Positions 1 through 9,749 of a stretch of DNA of 32,134 nt are shown here, piece by piece; the first letter of the stretch is position 1; every line of letters begins with the position of its first letter. The notes beneath the pieces were generated by a model, which worked only from the letters and a program-made list of their open reading frames with translations, did not search any database and had not been told where the DNA came from. A program made the translations under genes and the position numbers. Origin of the DNA: an uncultured Streptococcus sp. (GTDB taxonomy: Bacteria > Bacillota > Bacilli > Lactobacillales > Streptococcaceae); the NCBI GenBank assembly GCA_963523355.1, contig CAURCY010000001.1, forward strand, positions 1 through 32,134, read 5' to 3'.

Positions 1-10
1 ACGATAGAAG

Positions 11-42
11 AAGAGGCTGAGATTGGTGATTCTCGGCCTCTT
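11..42 (-). terminator. Probable intrinsic terminator after lepB
   Basis: Inverted repeat AAGAGGCTGAGA...TCTCGGCCTCTT just past the lepB stop, followed on the - strand by a pyrimidine run. Confidence 0.6.
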
Positions 43-49
43 AGGTCTC

Positions 50-664
50 TTAAAATGTTCCGATACGGGTGATTGGCCAGAAGCGGAATTTAGCTTCCCC
101 TGTGATATCTTTTGCTTTAAAAGTACCTACGTGACGACTGTCACTTGAAACCAAGCGGTCGTCTCCGAGGAGAAGGTATTCTCCTTCTGGGACAGTAAAG
201 CTAAAGTTGGTGTTATAGTTGACATCAACTGTGAAGGCTTGGGCTTTTTGAGCGATACTTCTAAAGAAAGTTCCTTTATTTCCTTCAAAGCCCTTGCCTG
301 AGTAGGTGCTTTGGAGTTTGTCGTCCTTGAAGCGTTTGATGTAGTCAGCTAGGTAAGGCTCATCTGTCTCTTTATCATTGATGTAAAGTTTATCGTTTTC
401 GTAACGGATGGTGTCGCCAGGCATTCCGATGACACGTTTGACGATGTCCTTATTGCCATCTTCCTCATGGGCAACCACGATATCAAATCGGTCAATAGGG
501 AGGTGTTTGACAACAAAGAGGATTTCGCCATCCGCTAGGGTAGGATCCATGGAATGCCCTTCTACGCGGACATTACTCCAAAAAAAGATACGACTTAAAG
601 CTAGTAATGACAGAATTAGGAGGAACAATCCCCACTCTTTTAAGAAATTTTTAAATGAATTCAT
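50..664 (-). CDS. lepB: Signal peptidase I
   Basis: N-terminal TM segment; GHSMDPTL (catalytic Ser), IVKRVIG (catalytic Lys) and GDDRLVSSDSR boxes. Confidence 0.97.
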   Translation of the reverse strand: MNSFKNFLKEWGLFLLILSLLALSRIFFWSNVRVEGHSMDPTLADGEILFVVKHLPIDRFDIVVAHEEDGNKDIVKRVIGMPGDTIRYENDKLYINDKETDEPYLADYIKRFKDDKLQSTYSGKGFEGNKGTFFRSIAQKAQAFTVDVNYNTNFSFTVPEGEYLLLGDDRLVSSDSRHVGTFKAKDITGEAKFRFWPITRIGTF

Positions 665-667
665 AAC

Positions 668-1549
668 TTACCTTTCTAAGCGTTTTTTCGCTTTTTCAGT
701 ATTTTTAAAGTGCAGTTTGGCGCAGAAATTGAGTCCCTGCATACCATAGGCTTGTAAAATCTGGCTAGCCACCTTGTCAGAAGCCGTTCCAGCTCCACTT
801 GGAAGTTGATAGCCCAGTTCTCGTCCCAGATTTTCAAGATTTTCCAGAAAGAGATCACGCGCAATGATAGAAGAAACTGCGACAGCCAAGTATTTGCCCT
901 CAGCCTTTTCTTCTAAGCTGATAGGCTTGCTGAAACGATTGGCCTCTTGTGCCAAGTACTTGTCATAATTTTTAGCACTGGTAAAGGCATCAATCACAAT
1001 TTTCTCAGGCTGAATACCTTTTTGAAGAAGGAGATAGATAGCCTGGTTATGGAGGGCTACCTTAACAGAAACAGCGTTGTAGCGGTCTCCGATGACCTCG
1101 TTGTACTTGCTTGGTGAGAGAAGCAGTGCCTGGTGCTGGATTTTTTCTTTGAGGATAGGGGCAATCTGACGGATCTTTTGGTCGGCCAGAGTTTTGGAAT
1201 CCCCCACACCGAGTTTTCGCAAGAAGGCATGCTGGTCAGGTGTGACAAAGGAAGCCACAACTGCAAGCCCACCAAAGTAGGAACCATTTCCCACCTCATC
1301 TGTCCCAATTAAAGGGAAATTTTGTCCCCTGTTTTCCTCTACAACTTGATAGCCAAAGAAACTAGCATATTTCTCAGCTCCTTCACCCTGAAGCAAGACC
1401 TTTCCAGAAGTATAGATAGAAACCGTTGCTTGAGGTAGTCGCAAAAAGTAGCGAATATAGGGATTCTTGCTGGGAGCCAGACTGGTTTGATAGTGTTCAA
1501 GAAAAGCCTGAATCTCCTTTTCACTTGGTGTGAGTGTTATACTTGCCAT
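668..1549 (-). CDS. rnhC: Ribonuclease HIII
   Basis: TBP-like N-terminal domain ([10 protein letters not shown]); [20 protein letters not shown] and AVSSIIAR RNase H2/H3 motifs. Confidence 0.96.
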   Translation of the reverse strand: MASITLTPSEKEIQAFLEHYQTSLAPSKNPYIRYFLRLPQATVSIYTSGKVLLQGEGAEKYASFFGYQVVEENRGQNFPLIGTDEVGNGSYFGGLAVVASFVTPDQHAFLRKLGVGDSKTLADQKIRQIAPILKEKIQHQALLLSPSKYNEVIGDRYNAVSVKVALHNQAIYLLLQKGIQPEKIVIDAFTSAKNYDKYLAQEANRFSKPISLEEKAEGKYLAVAVSSIIARDLFLENLENLGRELGYQLPSGAGTASDKVASQILQAYGMQGLNFCAKLHFKNTEKAKKRLER

Positions 1550-1556
1550 AGTTTCT

Positions 1557-1565
1557 ATTGTACCA
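1557..1565 (-). promoter_or_regulatory. Extended -10 (TGGTACAAT) of rnhC-lepB
   Basis: Reverse complement of ATTGTACCA; the hexamer ends 7 nt before the rnhC ATG. Confidence 0.65.
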
Positions 1566-1589
1566 TAAAAGCAGGCAAATTTGTAAAAA

Positions 1590-1618
1590 CTGACAAAATT
1601 AGCGAATTTTGGTATAAT
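1590..1618 (+). promoter_or_regulatory. Sigma-A promoter of zapA-cvpA
   Basis: CTGACA-17 bp-TATAAT with TGn extension (TGGTATAAT). Confidence 0.75.
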
Positions 1619-1635
1619 ATCGTGAGGTGAATTTT

Positions 1636-1938
1636 ATGGCAAATCTAAATCGATTCAAATTTACATTCGGGAAAAAATCATTAACCTTGACAAGCGAGCA
1701 TGATAACCTTTTTATGGAGGAAATCGCTAAGGTTGCGACAGAAAAATACCAAGCAATTAAAGAACAAATGCCTAGTGCAGATGATGAAACAATCGCTCTT
1801 TTGTTGGCAGTCAACTGTTTATCAACTCAGCTCAGCCGTGAGATTGAATTTGATGATAAGGAGCAAGAATTAGAAGAACTCCGTCACAAGCTTGTGACTT
1901 GTAAGCAAGAACAGAGCAAGATTGAGGATTCCTTATGA
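1636..1938 (+). CDS. zapA: Cell division protein ZapA-like
   Basis: 100 aa, C-terminal coiled coil, ALLLAVN motif; conserved rnhC/zapA/cvpA/mutS2 neighbourhood; GAGGTG RBS favours ATG 1636. Confidence 0.8.
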   Translation: MANLNRFKFTFGKKSLTLTSEHDNLFMEEIAKVATEKYQAIKEQMPSADDETIALLLAVNCLSTQLSREIEFDDKEQELEELRHKLVTCKQEQSKIEDSL

Positions 1939-2483
1939 TTTCACTCCTTCTTCTATTGGTCTTGGCTTGGGGATTTTATATCGGCTATCGGAGAGGCCTG
2001 CTCTTACAGGTTTATTACCTGATTTCAGCCATGGCATCTGCTTTTGTGGCTGGCCAGTTTTACAAGAGGCTGGGAGAGCAATTCCATTTATTGCTCCCTT
2101 ATGCAAATCCGCAGGAAGGTCAGGGGACTTTCTTTTTCCCATCGGATCAACTCTTTCAGTTGGATAAGGTCTTTTACGCAGGTATCGGCTACTTGCTTGT
2201 ATTTGGGATTGTCTATAGCATCGGTCGTTTGCTTGGTCTCCTCTTACACTTAATTCCTAGTAAAAAACTGGGTGGTAAGTTGTTCCAAGTTTCAGCAGGT
2301 ATCTTGTCCATGTTGGTGACCTTATTTGTCTTGCAAATGGCCTTGACAATCTTGGCGACCATCCCCATGGCAGCTATACAAAATCCTCTTGAAAAGAGTA
2401 TCGTCGCAAAACACATCATCCAGAGCATACCAGTAACAACCAGTTGGCTCAAACAAATCTGGGTGACAAATTTAATCGGATAA
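1935..2483 (+). CDS. cvpA: CvpA (colicin V production) family membrane protein
   Basis: GFYIGYRRGLL N-terminal motif, multiple TM helices, ATGA overlap with zapA. Confidence 0.85.
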   Translation: MISLLLLLVLAWGFYIGYRRGLLLQVYYLISAMASAFVAGQFYKRLGEQFHLLLPYANPQEGQGTFFFPSDQLFQLDKVFYAGIGYLLVFGIVYSIGRLLGLLLHLIPSKKLGGKLFQVSAGILSMLVTLFVLQMALTILATIPMAAIQNPLEKSIVAKHIIQSIPVTTSWLKQIWVTNLIG

Positions 2484-2510
2484 AAAGGGCAGGAGTTTTC
2501 CTCGCCCTTT
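2484..2510 (+). terminator. Hairpin/terminator after cvpA
   Basis: AAAGGGC-AGGA-gttt-TCCT-c-GCCCTTT followed by T-rich sequence. Confidence 0.6.
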
Positions 2511-2549
2511 GTTTACAGATTGACTAGAATCTATCAGAATGTAAAAAGC

Positions 2550-2712
2550 TAATACTCTTCGAAAATCTCTTCAAACCACGTCAGCTTCCATCTGCAACCT
2601 CAAAACAGTATTTTGAGCTGACTTCGTCAGTTCTATCCAAAACCTCAAAACGGTGTTTTGAGCAACCTGCGGCTAGCTGCCTAGTTTACTCTTTGATTTT
2701 CATTGAGTATAA
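2550..2712 (+). repeat. BOX element (5' part of boxA, two boxB units, boxC)
   Basis: TAATACTCTTCGAAAATCTCTTCAAACCACGTCAGC start; two AACCTCAAAAC..GT.TTTTGAG units; CAACCTGCGGCTAGC...TTTGATTTTCATTGAGTATAA end; terminal IR ATACTC/GAGTAT. Confidence 0.95.
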
Positions 2713-2745
2713 TACACATAGACATTCAAAGATAAGGAAATAAAG

Positions 2746-5082
2746 ATGAACAAGAAAATATTAGAAACATTAGAGTTCAATAAGGTTAAGGCCTTGTTTG
2801 AGCCTCATTTGTTGACCGAGCAGGGCTTGGAGCAATTGAGACAGCTAGCTCCGACTGCCAAAGCGGATAAAATCAAACAGGCTTTTGCTGAGATGAAGGA
2901 AATGCAGGCTCTCTTTGTCGAGCAACCGCATTTTACCATTCTTGCAACCAAGGAAATCGCAGGAGTCTGCAAGCGGTTGGAGATGGGGGCAGACCTCAAT
3001 ATCGAGGAGTTCCTACTCTTGAAGCGCGTGCTTCTTTCTAGCAGAGAACTGCAAAGTTTTTATGCCAATCTGGAAAATGTCAGCTTGGAAGAATTAGCCC
3101 TTTGGTTTGAGAAATTACATGATTTTCCACAATTACAAGGAAATCTCCAAGCCTTTAATGATGCAGGTTTCATTGAAAATTTTGCCAGTGAAGAATTGGC
3201 GCGCATCCGTCGAAAAATCCATGATAGCGAGAGTCAGGTACGCGATGTTTTACAAGACCTGCTCAAGCAGAAAGCGCAGATGTTGACGGAAGCGATTGTT
3301 GCCAGTAGAAATGGTCGTCAGGTTTTACCAGTCAAAAACACCTACCGTAATAAGATTGCAGGTGTTGTTCATGATATTTCTGCCAGCGGAAACACCGTCT
3401 ATATCGAACCCCGTGAGGTGGTCAAACTGAGCGAAGAAATTGCCAGTCTGCGAGCAGATGAGCGCTATGAAATGCTTCGCATTCTCCAAGAAATTTCTGA
3501 ACGTGTCCGCCCTCATGCGGCTGAGATTGCCAATGATGCTTGGATTATCGGCCATCTGGACTTGATTCGTGCCAAGGTCCGCTTTATCCAAGAAAGGCAA
3601 GCAGTCGTTCCTCAGCTGTCAGAAAATCAGGAGATTCAACTGCTCCATGTCTGCCATCCTTTGGTCAAAAATGCCGTCGCAAATGATGTTCATTTTGGTC
3701 AAGATTTAACAGCGATTGTTATTACAGGTCCCAATACAGGTGGGAAGACCATTATGCTTAAAACTCTCGGATTGACGCAGGTTATGGCTCAATCTGGTTT
3801 GCCGATTTTGGCAGATAAGGGAAGTCGTGTTGGTATTTTTGAAGAAATTTTTGCTGATATTGGCGATGAGCAATCTATTGAGCAGAGTTTGTCTACCTTC
3901 TCTAGCCATATGACCAATATTGTGGATATTCTTGGCAAGGTTAACCAACATTCACTTTTACTCTTGGATGAGTTGGGAGCTGGTACAGACCCTCAAGAAG
4001 GAGCTGCTCTTGCCATGGCTATTCTGGAAGACCTTCGTCTGCGTCAAGTCAAGACCATGGCGACGACCCACTATCCAGAACTCAAGGCCTACGGTATTGA
4101 GACAGCCTTTGTGCAAAATGCCAGCATGGAGTTTGATACTGCAACTCTACGCCCGACTTATCGCTTTATGCAGGGTGTTCCTGGCCGAAGCAATGCCTTT
4201 GAAATTGCCAAACGTCTAGGACTATCTGAAGTTATCGTAGGAGATGCCAGTCAGCAGGTCGATCAGGACAATGATGTCAATCGGATTATTGAGCAACTGG
4301 AAGAGCAGACGCTAGAGAGTCGCAAACGCTTGGACAATATCCGTGAGGTGGAGCAAGAAAATCTCAAGATGAACCGAGCGCTCAAAAAACTCTACAATGA
4401 GTTAAATCGTGAAAAGGAAACCGAGCTTAACAAGGCGCGTGAACAGGCTGCTGAGATTGTGGATATGGCCCTAAGTGAAAGTGACCAGATTCTCAAGAAT
4501 CTCCATAGTAAATCTCAACTCAAGCCCCACGAAATTATTGAAGCCAAGGCCAAGTTGAAAAAATTGGCTCCTGAAAAAGTAGATTTGTCTAAAAACAAAG
4601 TCCTTCAAAAGGCCAAGAAAAAACGAGCTCCAAAGGTGGGAGATGATATCGTTGTTCTCAGTTACGGACAGCGTGGCACCTTGACCAGTCAACTCAAGGA
4701 CGGCCGCTGGGAAGCCCAAGTTGGCTTGATTAAGATGACCTTGGAAGAGAAAGAATTTGACCTTGTTCAAGCCCAGCAAGAAAAGCAAGTCAAGAAGAAA
4801 CAAGTCAATGTCGTGAAACGAACTTCTGGTCGTGGCCCACAAGCCAGACTGGACCTTCGAGGCAAACGTTATGAAGAGGCCATGAATGAGCTAGATGCCT
4901 TTATCGACCAAGCCTTGCTTAATAATATGGCTCAAGTTGATATCATCCATGGTATCGGAACAGGTGTCATCCGTGAAGGTGTCACCAAATACCTACAAAG
5001 AAACAAACACGTCAAGAGTTTTGGCTATGCCCCACAAAATGCTGGAGGCAGTGGTGCGACTATTGTCACTTTTAAAGGATAG
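2746..5082 (+). CDS. mutS2: MutS2 (ATPase with Smr domain; recombination and ribosome-rescue factor)
   Basis: Walker [30 protein letters not shown]-terminal Smr (LDLRG...IIHGIGTG). Confidence 0.97.
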   Translation: MNKKILETLEFNKVKALFEPHLLTEQGLEQLRQLAPTAKADKIKQAFAEMKEMQALFVEQPHFTILATKEIAGVCKRLEMGADLNIEEFLLLKRVLLSSRELQSFYANLENVSLEELALWFEKLHDFPQLQGNLQAFNDAGFIENFASEELARIRRKIHDSESQVRDVLQDLLKQKAQMLTEAIVASRNGRQVLPVKNTYRNKIAGVVHDISASGNTVYIEPREVVKLSEEIASLRADERYEMLRILQEISERVRPHAAEIANDAWIIGHLDLIRAKVRFIQERQAVVPQLSENQEIQLLHVCHPLVKNAVANDVHFGQDLTAIVITGPNTGGKTIMLKTLGLTQVMAQSGLPILADKGSRVGIFEEIFADIGDEQSIEQSLSTFSSHMTNIVDILGKVNQHSLLLLDELGAGTDPQEGAALAMAILEDLRLRQVKTMATTHYPELKAYGIETAFVQNASMEFDTATLRPTYRFMQGVPGRSNAFEIAKRLGLSEVIVGDASQQVDQDNDVNRIIEQLEEQTLESRKRLDNIREVEQENLKMNRALKKLYNELNREKETELNKAREQAAEIVDMALSESDQILKNLHSKSQLKPHEIIEAKAKLKKLAPEKVDLSKNKVLQKAKKKRAPKVGDDIVVLSYGQRGTLTSQLKDGRWEAQVGLIKMTLEEKEFDLVQAQQEKQVKKKQVNVVKRTSGRGPQARLDLRGKRYEEAMNELDAFIDQALLNNMAQVDIIHGIGTGVIREGVTKYLQRNKHVKSFGYAPQNAGGSGATIVTFKG

Positions 5083-5140
5083 CAGTATTTTGGACTTTAT
5101 AAAGTAAAAACTGTTGAACTAATTTTTACTAATAAACACA

Positions 5141-5169
5141 TTGACAAAAGCCAACATTTTTTGTAAAAT
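5141..5169 (+). promoter_or_regulatory. Sigma-A promoter of the riboswitch-symporter transcript
   Basis: TTGACA-17 bp-TAAAAT. Confidence 0.8.
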
Positions 5170-5189
5170 AAGAATCAATTAAATACCAA

Positions 5190-5327
5190 CACCGAATGAA
5201 GTTTAATAGAAGTGGGGAATCGTTTGATTTTCCATGACTGTAAATGGACGGAACTCTGGAGAGACCGTAAAGGCACCGAAGGGGCAAGGCAGGCAACTGC
5301 TCAAACTCTCAGGTAAAAGGACAGAGC
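5190..5327 (+). ncRNA. Glycine riboswitch (single aptamer ~5250-5327 with upstream ghost-aptamer-like stem)
   Basis: Conserved CTCTGGAGAG..., CACCGAAGGGGCAA..., AAACTCTCAGGTAAAAGGACAGAG; lies upstream of an AGCS symporter. Confidence 0.92.
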
Positions 5328-5365
5328 TAGGATAGACCGCTTTTTAGCATTTATCTAAGCATTCC

Positions 5366-5399
5366 AGAGTACATGTATCTTGCATGTGCTCTTTCTTTT
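5366..5399 (+). terminator. Riboswitch expression-platform terminator
   Basis: AGAGTACATG-tatcttg-CATGTGCTCT followed by TTCTTTT. Confidence 0.8.
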
Positions 5400-5424
5400 G
5401 GGGTTGAAAAGATAGGAGAAGGAA

Positions 5425-6747
5425 ATGTTAGAATTGCTTAAATCAATTGATGCTTTTGCTTGGGGCCCACCCCTCTTGATTCTCTTAGTCGGGACAGGGA
5501 TTTACCTAACTGCCCGTCTAGGCCTCTTGCAGGTTTTGCGTCTGCCCAAGGCCTTCCAGCTTATTTTTACTAAGGACAAGGGGCATGGCGATGTATCCAG
5601 CTTTGCGGCCTTGTGTACAGCCCTAGCAGCGACAGTTGGTACGGGAAATATTATCGGGGTGGCGACAGCTATCAAGGTCGGTGGACCAGGAGCTCTCTTT
5701 TGGATGTGGATGGCGGCTTTCTTTGGGATGGCTACCAAGTATGCGGAAGGACTACTAGCTATCAAATACCGTACCAAGGACGACCATGGTGCAGTAGCGG
5801 GAGGTCCCATGCACTATATCCTTCTAGGGATGGGAGAAAAGTGGCGTCCCCTTGCTATCTTCTTTGCCCTGGCAGGTGTGCTAGTAGCTTTGTTGGGAAT
5901 CGGAACCTTCACCCAGGTCAACTCGATTACAGAATCTATCCAAAATACAACAACTATTTCGCCAGCCATCACAGCTCTTGTGTTGTCTGTATTTGTAGCA
6001 ATTGCAGTCTTTGGTGGACTCAAGTCCATTTCAAAGGTTTCAACTACTGTTGTTCCTTTTATGGCTATCATTTATATTTTAGGAACTCTGACAGTTATTT
6101 TCTTTAATATTGGGAAAATCCCTGCCACAATCGCTTTAATCTTGACATCCGCTTTTAGTCCTGTTGCTGCGGTAGGTGGATTTGCCGGTGCTAGCATTCG
6201 GATGGCTATTCAAAACGGTGTGGCGCGTGGTGTATTCTCAAACGAATCTGGTCTGGGTTCTGCTCCCATTGCAGCTGCTGCAGCTAAGACAAACGAACCA
6301 GTAGAGCAAGGTTTGATTTCCATGACAGGAACCTTTATTGACACCCTCATTATCTGTACTCTGACTGGTTTGACCATCTTGGTGACTGGTGTTTGGAGTG
6401 GTGACTTAAATGGGGTTGCCTTGACTCAGTCAGCCTTCTCAACAGTCTTTTCACACTTTGGACCTGCTCTCTTGACCATCTTCCTTGTACTCTTTGCCTT
6501 TACAACGATTCTAGGTTGGAACTATTATGGAGAACGCTGTTTCGAGTTCCTCTTTGGGGTTCGCTTTATCTGGCTCTACCGTGTGGTCTTTGTACTCATG
6601 GTCTTGTTGGGAGGATTTATCGAGTTGGATATGGTTTGGATTATCGCAGATATTGTCAATGCCTTGATGGCTCTGCCAAATTTGATTGCCCTCTTAGTTT
6701 TATCGCCAGTCGTTATTGCTGAGACTAAAAAGTATTTTGACAAATAA
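5425..6747 (+). CDS. Sodium:alanine/glycine symporter (AGCS family)
   Basis: ALAATVGTGNI, GGPGALFWMW and RGVFSNESGLGS signatures; many TM helices. Confidence 0.95.
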   Translation: MLELLKSIDAFAWGPPLLILLVGTGIYLTARLGLLQVLRLPKAFQLIFTKDKGHGDVSSFAALCTALAATVGTGNIIGVATAIKVGGPGALFWMWMAAFFGMATKYAEGLLAIKYRTKDDHGAVAGGPMHYILLGMGEKWRPLAIFFALAGVLVALLGIGTFTQVNSITESIQNTTTISPAITALVLSVFVAIAVFGGLKSISKVSTTVVPFMAIIYILGTLTVIFFNIGKIPATIALILTSAFSPVAAVGGFAGASIRMAIQNGVARGVFSNESGLGSAPIAAAAAKTNEPVEQGLISMTGTFIDTLIICTLTGLTILVTGVWSGDLNGVALTQSAFSTVFSHFGPALLTIFLVLFAFTTILGWNYYGERCFEFLFGVRFIWLYRVVFVLMVLLGGFIELDMVWIIADIVNALMALPNLIALLVLSPVVIAETKKYFDK

Positions 6748-6750
6748 TGA

Positions 6751-6777
6751 AATCACACAGCTCGTGTGATTTTTTTG
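6751..6777 (+). terminator. Intrinsic terminator
   Basis: AAATCACAC-agctc-GTGTGATTT followed by a T run. Confidence 0.75.
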
Positions 6778-6879
6778 CTTTCATAAAAAATTTCTATCAG
6801 TGTAATTTAAAATATATATTATACACGGTATAGAATCTGTGATAGACTAGATTTCAACAACATGAAAAGAGGTTTTATG

Positions 6880-7428
6880 ATGACAACATTTACTATCCAT
6901 ACAGTCGAATCAGCACCATCAGAAGTAAAAGAAGTTCTTGAAACAGTAGAAAAAGATAACAATGGCTATATTCCCAACCTAATCGGTCTCTTGGCTAATG
7001 CACCTACCGCCTTAGAAGCCTACAGAACTGTCGGAGCCATCAACCGTCGCAATAGCCTGACACCAGTTGAGCGTGAAGTGGTGCAAATCACGGCAGCTGT
7101 AACTAATGGTTGTGCTTTCTGCGTGGCAGGTCACACAGCTTTTTCCATCAAACAAATCCAGATGAATGATGACCTTCTGCAAGCCCTTCGCAATCGCACT
7201 CCAATTGAAACAGATCCTAAATTGGACACCCTAGCTAAGTTTACCTTGGCTGTAATCAATACCAAGGGACGTGTAGGAGATGAAGCCTTGGCTGAGTTTC
7301 TAGAAGCTGGATACACTCAACAAAATGCCTTGGATGTGGTTCTTGGTGTCAGCCTAGCAAGCCTCTGTAACTATGCCAACAACCTAGCCAATACCCCAAT
7401 TAACCCAGAATTGCAACCTTATGCTTAA
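6880..7428 (+). CDS. ahpD: AhpD / carboxymuconolactone decarboxylase family redox protein
   Basis: E...NGCAFCVAGH (CxxC...H) motif; AGAGGT RBS favours ATG 6880 (6877 possible). Confidence 0.85.
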   Translation: MTTFTIHTVESAPSEVKEVLETVEKDNNGYIPNLIGLLANAPTALEAYRTVGAINRRNSLTPVEREVVQITAAVTNGCAFCVAGHTAFSIKQIQMNDDLLQALRNRTPIETDPKLDTLAKFTLAVINTKGRVGDEALAEFLEAGYTQQNALDVVLGVSLASLCNYANNLANTPINPELQPYA

Positions 7429-7441
7429 TTCATATCTGAGT

Positions 7442-7476
7442 AAAATGAAGTCTGAAATAATTTGACTTCATTTTTT
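7442..7476 (+). terminator. Intrinsic terminator
   Basis: AAAATGAAGTC...GACTTCATTTT followed by a T run. Confidence 0.7.
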
Positions 7477-7536
7477 ATCCCCTCATTTAAGCGCTTTTAT
7501 GCTATACTGAAACTAACATGATTATTGGAGGTTAGA

Positions 7537-8436
7537 ATGAAAAAACTCCCCTTGGTATTTTCTGGATGTTTGCTAGGTTTAGCAGGAGCTGGAAATCTTA
7601 TTTTAGATACGTTGCCGGTTCTGTCCCATCTATTTAGTCTGACAGGTTTAATTTTGTGGATATTCTTTCTTATTCTTCATCTCTTTAATTGGAAAGAAAC
7701 CAAGCAAGAATTGACCAAACCTCCTCTTTTGTCAGGAATGGCGACTTTTCCCATGGCTGGGATGATTTTATCGACTTATGTTTTTCGCGTCTTCCCTCAT
7801 CTTCCTTTGGTAGCGCAAGGACTCTGGTGGTTTTCATTTCTCTTGGATGTAGCCCTGATTGCTGGTTTTACCATTAAATTTGCCTGTCCGGGGTGGAGGG
7901 TTCATGCTACTCCAAGCTGGACGGTTCTCTATGTGGGGATAGCAGTGGCTGCCTTGACCTATCCTCTTGTAGGTATCATCGAAATTGCCTATGCGACCTT
8001 GAGTTTTGGTTTTCTCCTAACCTTCTATCTCTATCCCCTTATTTATAGTGATTTAAAGAAACAACCACTCCCCGTAGCCTTGCTTGGACAAGAAGGAATC
8101 TACTGCGCTCCTTTCTCTCTACTCTTGGCATCCCTAGTTCGGGTAGGAGGAGTCAACCTACCTACTTGGATCTTGATCGTCATGATCTTGGCTTCTCAAT
8201 CCTTCTTTTTCTTTGTTTTGACTCGCCTGCCCAACATTTTAAAACATGGCTTTCAACCAGCCTTTTCAGCCCTCACCTTCCCAACTATTATCACGGCTAC
8301 CTCGCTCAAGATGGCTCAGGGAATCTTGAAACTTCCATTTCTGGATTATCTGGTACTGGCTGAAACCGTTATGTGTCTAACTATTTTGTTCTTTGTTTTA
8401 GGTGCTTATCTGATTTGGTTACGAAAAAAGGTCTAG
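7537..8436 (+). CDS. TDT/SLAC1 family transporter (often mislabelled 'exfoliative toxin')
   Basis: About 10 TM helices; ATFPMA, PSWTVLYVG and FSALTFP motifs; GGAGG RBS before ATG 7537. Confidence 0.85.
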   Translation: MKKLPLVFSGCLLGLAGAGNLILDTLPVLSHLFSLTGLILWIFFLILHLFNWKETKQELTKPPLLSGMATFPMAGMILSTYVFRVFPHLPLVAQGLWWFSFLLDVALIAGFTIKFACPGWRVHATPSWTVLYVGIAVAALTYPLVGIIEIAYATLSFGFLLTFYLYPLIYSDLKKQPLPVALLGQEGIYCAPFSLLLASLVRVGGVNLPTWILIVMILASQSFFFFVLTRLPNILKHGFQPAFSALTFPTIITATSLKMAQGILKLPFLDYLVLAETVMCLTILFFVLGAYLIWLRKKV

Positions 8437-8460
8437 CTAGAAATAGCTAAACCTTATTTT
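8429..8460. terminator. Bidirectional terminator between the TDT gene and serS
   Basis: AAGGTCTAGCTA-gaaa-TAGCTAAACCTT flanked by A and T runs, between convergent genes. Confidence 0.7.
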
Positions 8461-9735
8461 TTATGGTTTGATAACTTCAGCTCCACCCATGTATGGACGA
8501 AGTGCTTCTGGGATGGTCACAGAACCATCTGCATTTTGGTAGTTTTCAAGAATAGCAGCCACTGTACGTCCAACTGCAAGTCCAGAACCGTTCAAGGTGT
8601 GGAGTAATTTAACCTTGCCATCTGCTTCATCACGGTAACGGATTTGGGCACGACGAGCTTGGAAATCTTCTGTATTTGAACAGCTTGAGATTTCACGGTA
8701 GGTATTTTGCGCTGGAATCCAAACTTCCAAATCGTAAGTCTTAGCTGCTGAGAAGCCCATATCTCCAGTAGAGAGAGCAACGACACGGTATGGAAGGTTG
8801 AGTTTTTGAAGAATGTTTTCAGCGTTGGCTGTCATTTTTTCCAATTCTTCGTAAGATTCTTCTGGTTTGGCAAATTTAACCATTTCAACCTTGTGGAATT
8901 GGTGCAAACGAATCAAGCCACGAGTATCACGACCAGCTGAACCAGCCTCAGAACGGAATGATGGGCTCATAGCAGTGAAGTAGATTGGCAGGTCTTTACC
9001 GTCCAGGATTTCATCACGGTAGTAGTTTGTTAGAGGAACTTCAGCTGTAGGAATAAGGACATAATTGCTGTCGCTGAGTTCAAAAGTATCTTCCTTGAAT
9101 TTTGGATATTGACCAGTACCAAACATAGAATCATGGTTAACCATGTAAGGTGTGATGACTTCAGTATAGCCTTCTTTTCCATGTTCATCCAACATAAAGT
9201 TGTAGATGGCACGTTCCAAACGAGCACCGAGTCCTTTATAGAAGAGGAAGCGAGCTCCTGTTACCTTACCACCGCGTTCCCAGTCAAGGATACCAAGGTC
9301 TTCACCAAGATCCCAGTGAGCTTTTGGCTCGAAGTCAAACTCGCGTGGAGTCCCCCAACGGCGAACTTCCACATTGTCATCTTCGTCAGCTCCAACAGGA
9401 ACGCTGTCAGCTGGGATGTTTGGAAGAGTAGTGGTAAATTCTGTCAATTTAGCATCGATTTCTGCCAATTCAGCATCCAAGGCTTTGACTTCAGCAGATA
9501 GGTTTTGCATGGCAGCAATCTTGTCATCTGCATTTTCCTTGTTGCGCTTAGCTTGGGCAATCTCAGCAGAAACTGTGTTACGTTCTGCTTTTAAAGTTTC
9601 AACCTTGACCAAGATGTCACGACGTTTAGCATCGATTTCTTTCATCTCATTTAAGATAGCAGCATCTACACCACGTGTAGCTAATTTTTCAGCGACAGCA
9701 TCAAAGTCTGTACGAATACGTTTAATATCTAACAT
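8461..9735 (-). CDS. serS: Seryl-tRNA synthetase
   Basis: MLDIKRIR start after AAGGAG; coiled-coil arm; [14 protein letters not shown] and [11 protein letters not shown] class II motifs. Confidence 0.98.
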   Translation of the reverse strand: MLDIKRIRTDFDAVAEKLATRGVDAAILNEMKEIDAKRRDILVKVETLKAERNTVSAEIAQAKRNKENADDKIAAMQNLSAEVKALDAELAEIDAKLTEFTTTLPNIPADSVPVGADEDDNVEVRRWGTPREFDFEPKAHWDLGEDLGILDWERGGKVTGARFLFYKGLGARLERAIYNFMLDEHGKEGYTEVITPYMVNHDSMFGTGQYPKFKEDTFELSDSNYVLIPTAEVPLTNYYRDEILDGKDLPIYFTAMSPSFRSEAGSAGRDTRGLIRLHQFHKVEMVKFAKPEESYEELEKMTANAENILQKLNLPYRVVALSTGDMGFSAAKTYDLEVWIPAQNTYREISSCSNTEDFQARRAQIRYRDEADGKVKLLHTLNGSGLAVGRTVAAILENYQNADGSVTIPEALRPYMGGAEVIKP

Positions 9736-9749
9736 AAGAACTCCTTTAT

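Noticed and set aside
1935..2483. cvpA as evidence of a bacteriocin locus
   Set aside because: CvpA is a conserved housekeeping membrane protein in the zapA-cvpA-mutS2 neighbourhood; no peptide or exporter gene is nearby.
2585..2665. Tandem ~45-bp repeats as a mini-CRISPR
   Set aside because: They are boxB units with no unique spacers and no cas genes.
7537..8436. 'Exfoliative toxin' virulence gene
   Set aside because: The sequence is a polytopic TDT-family transporter with no protease motif; the toxin label is a known misannotation.
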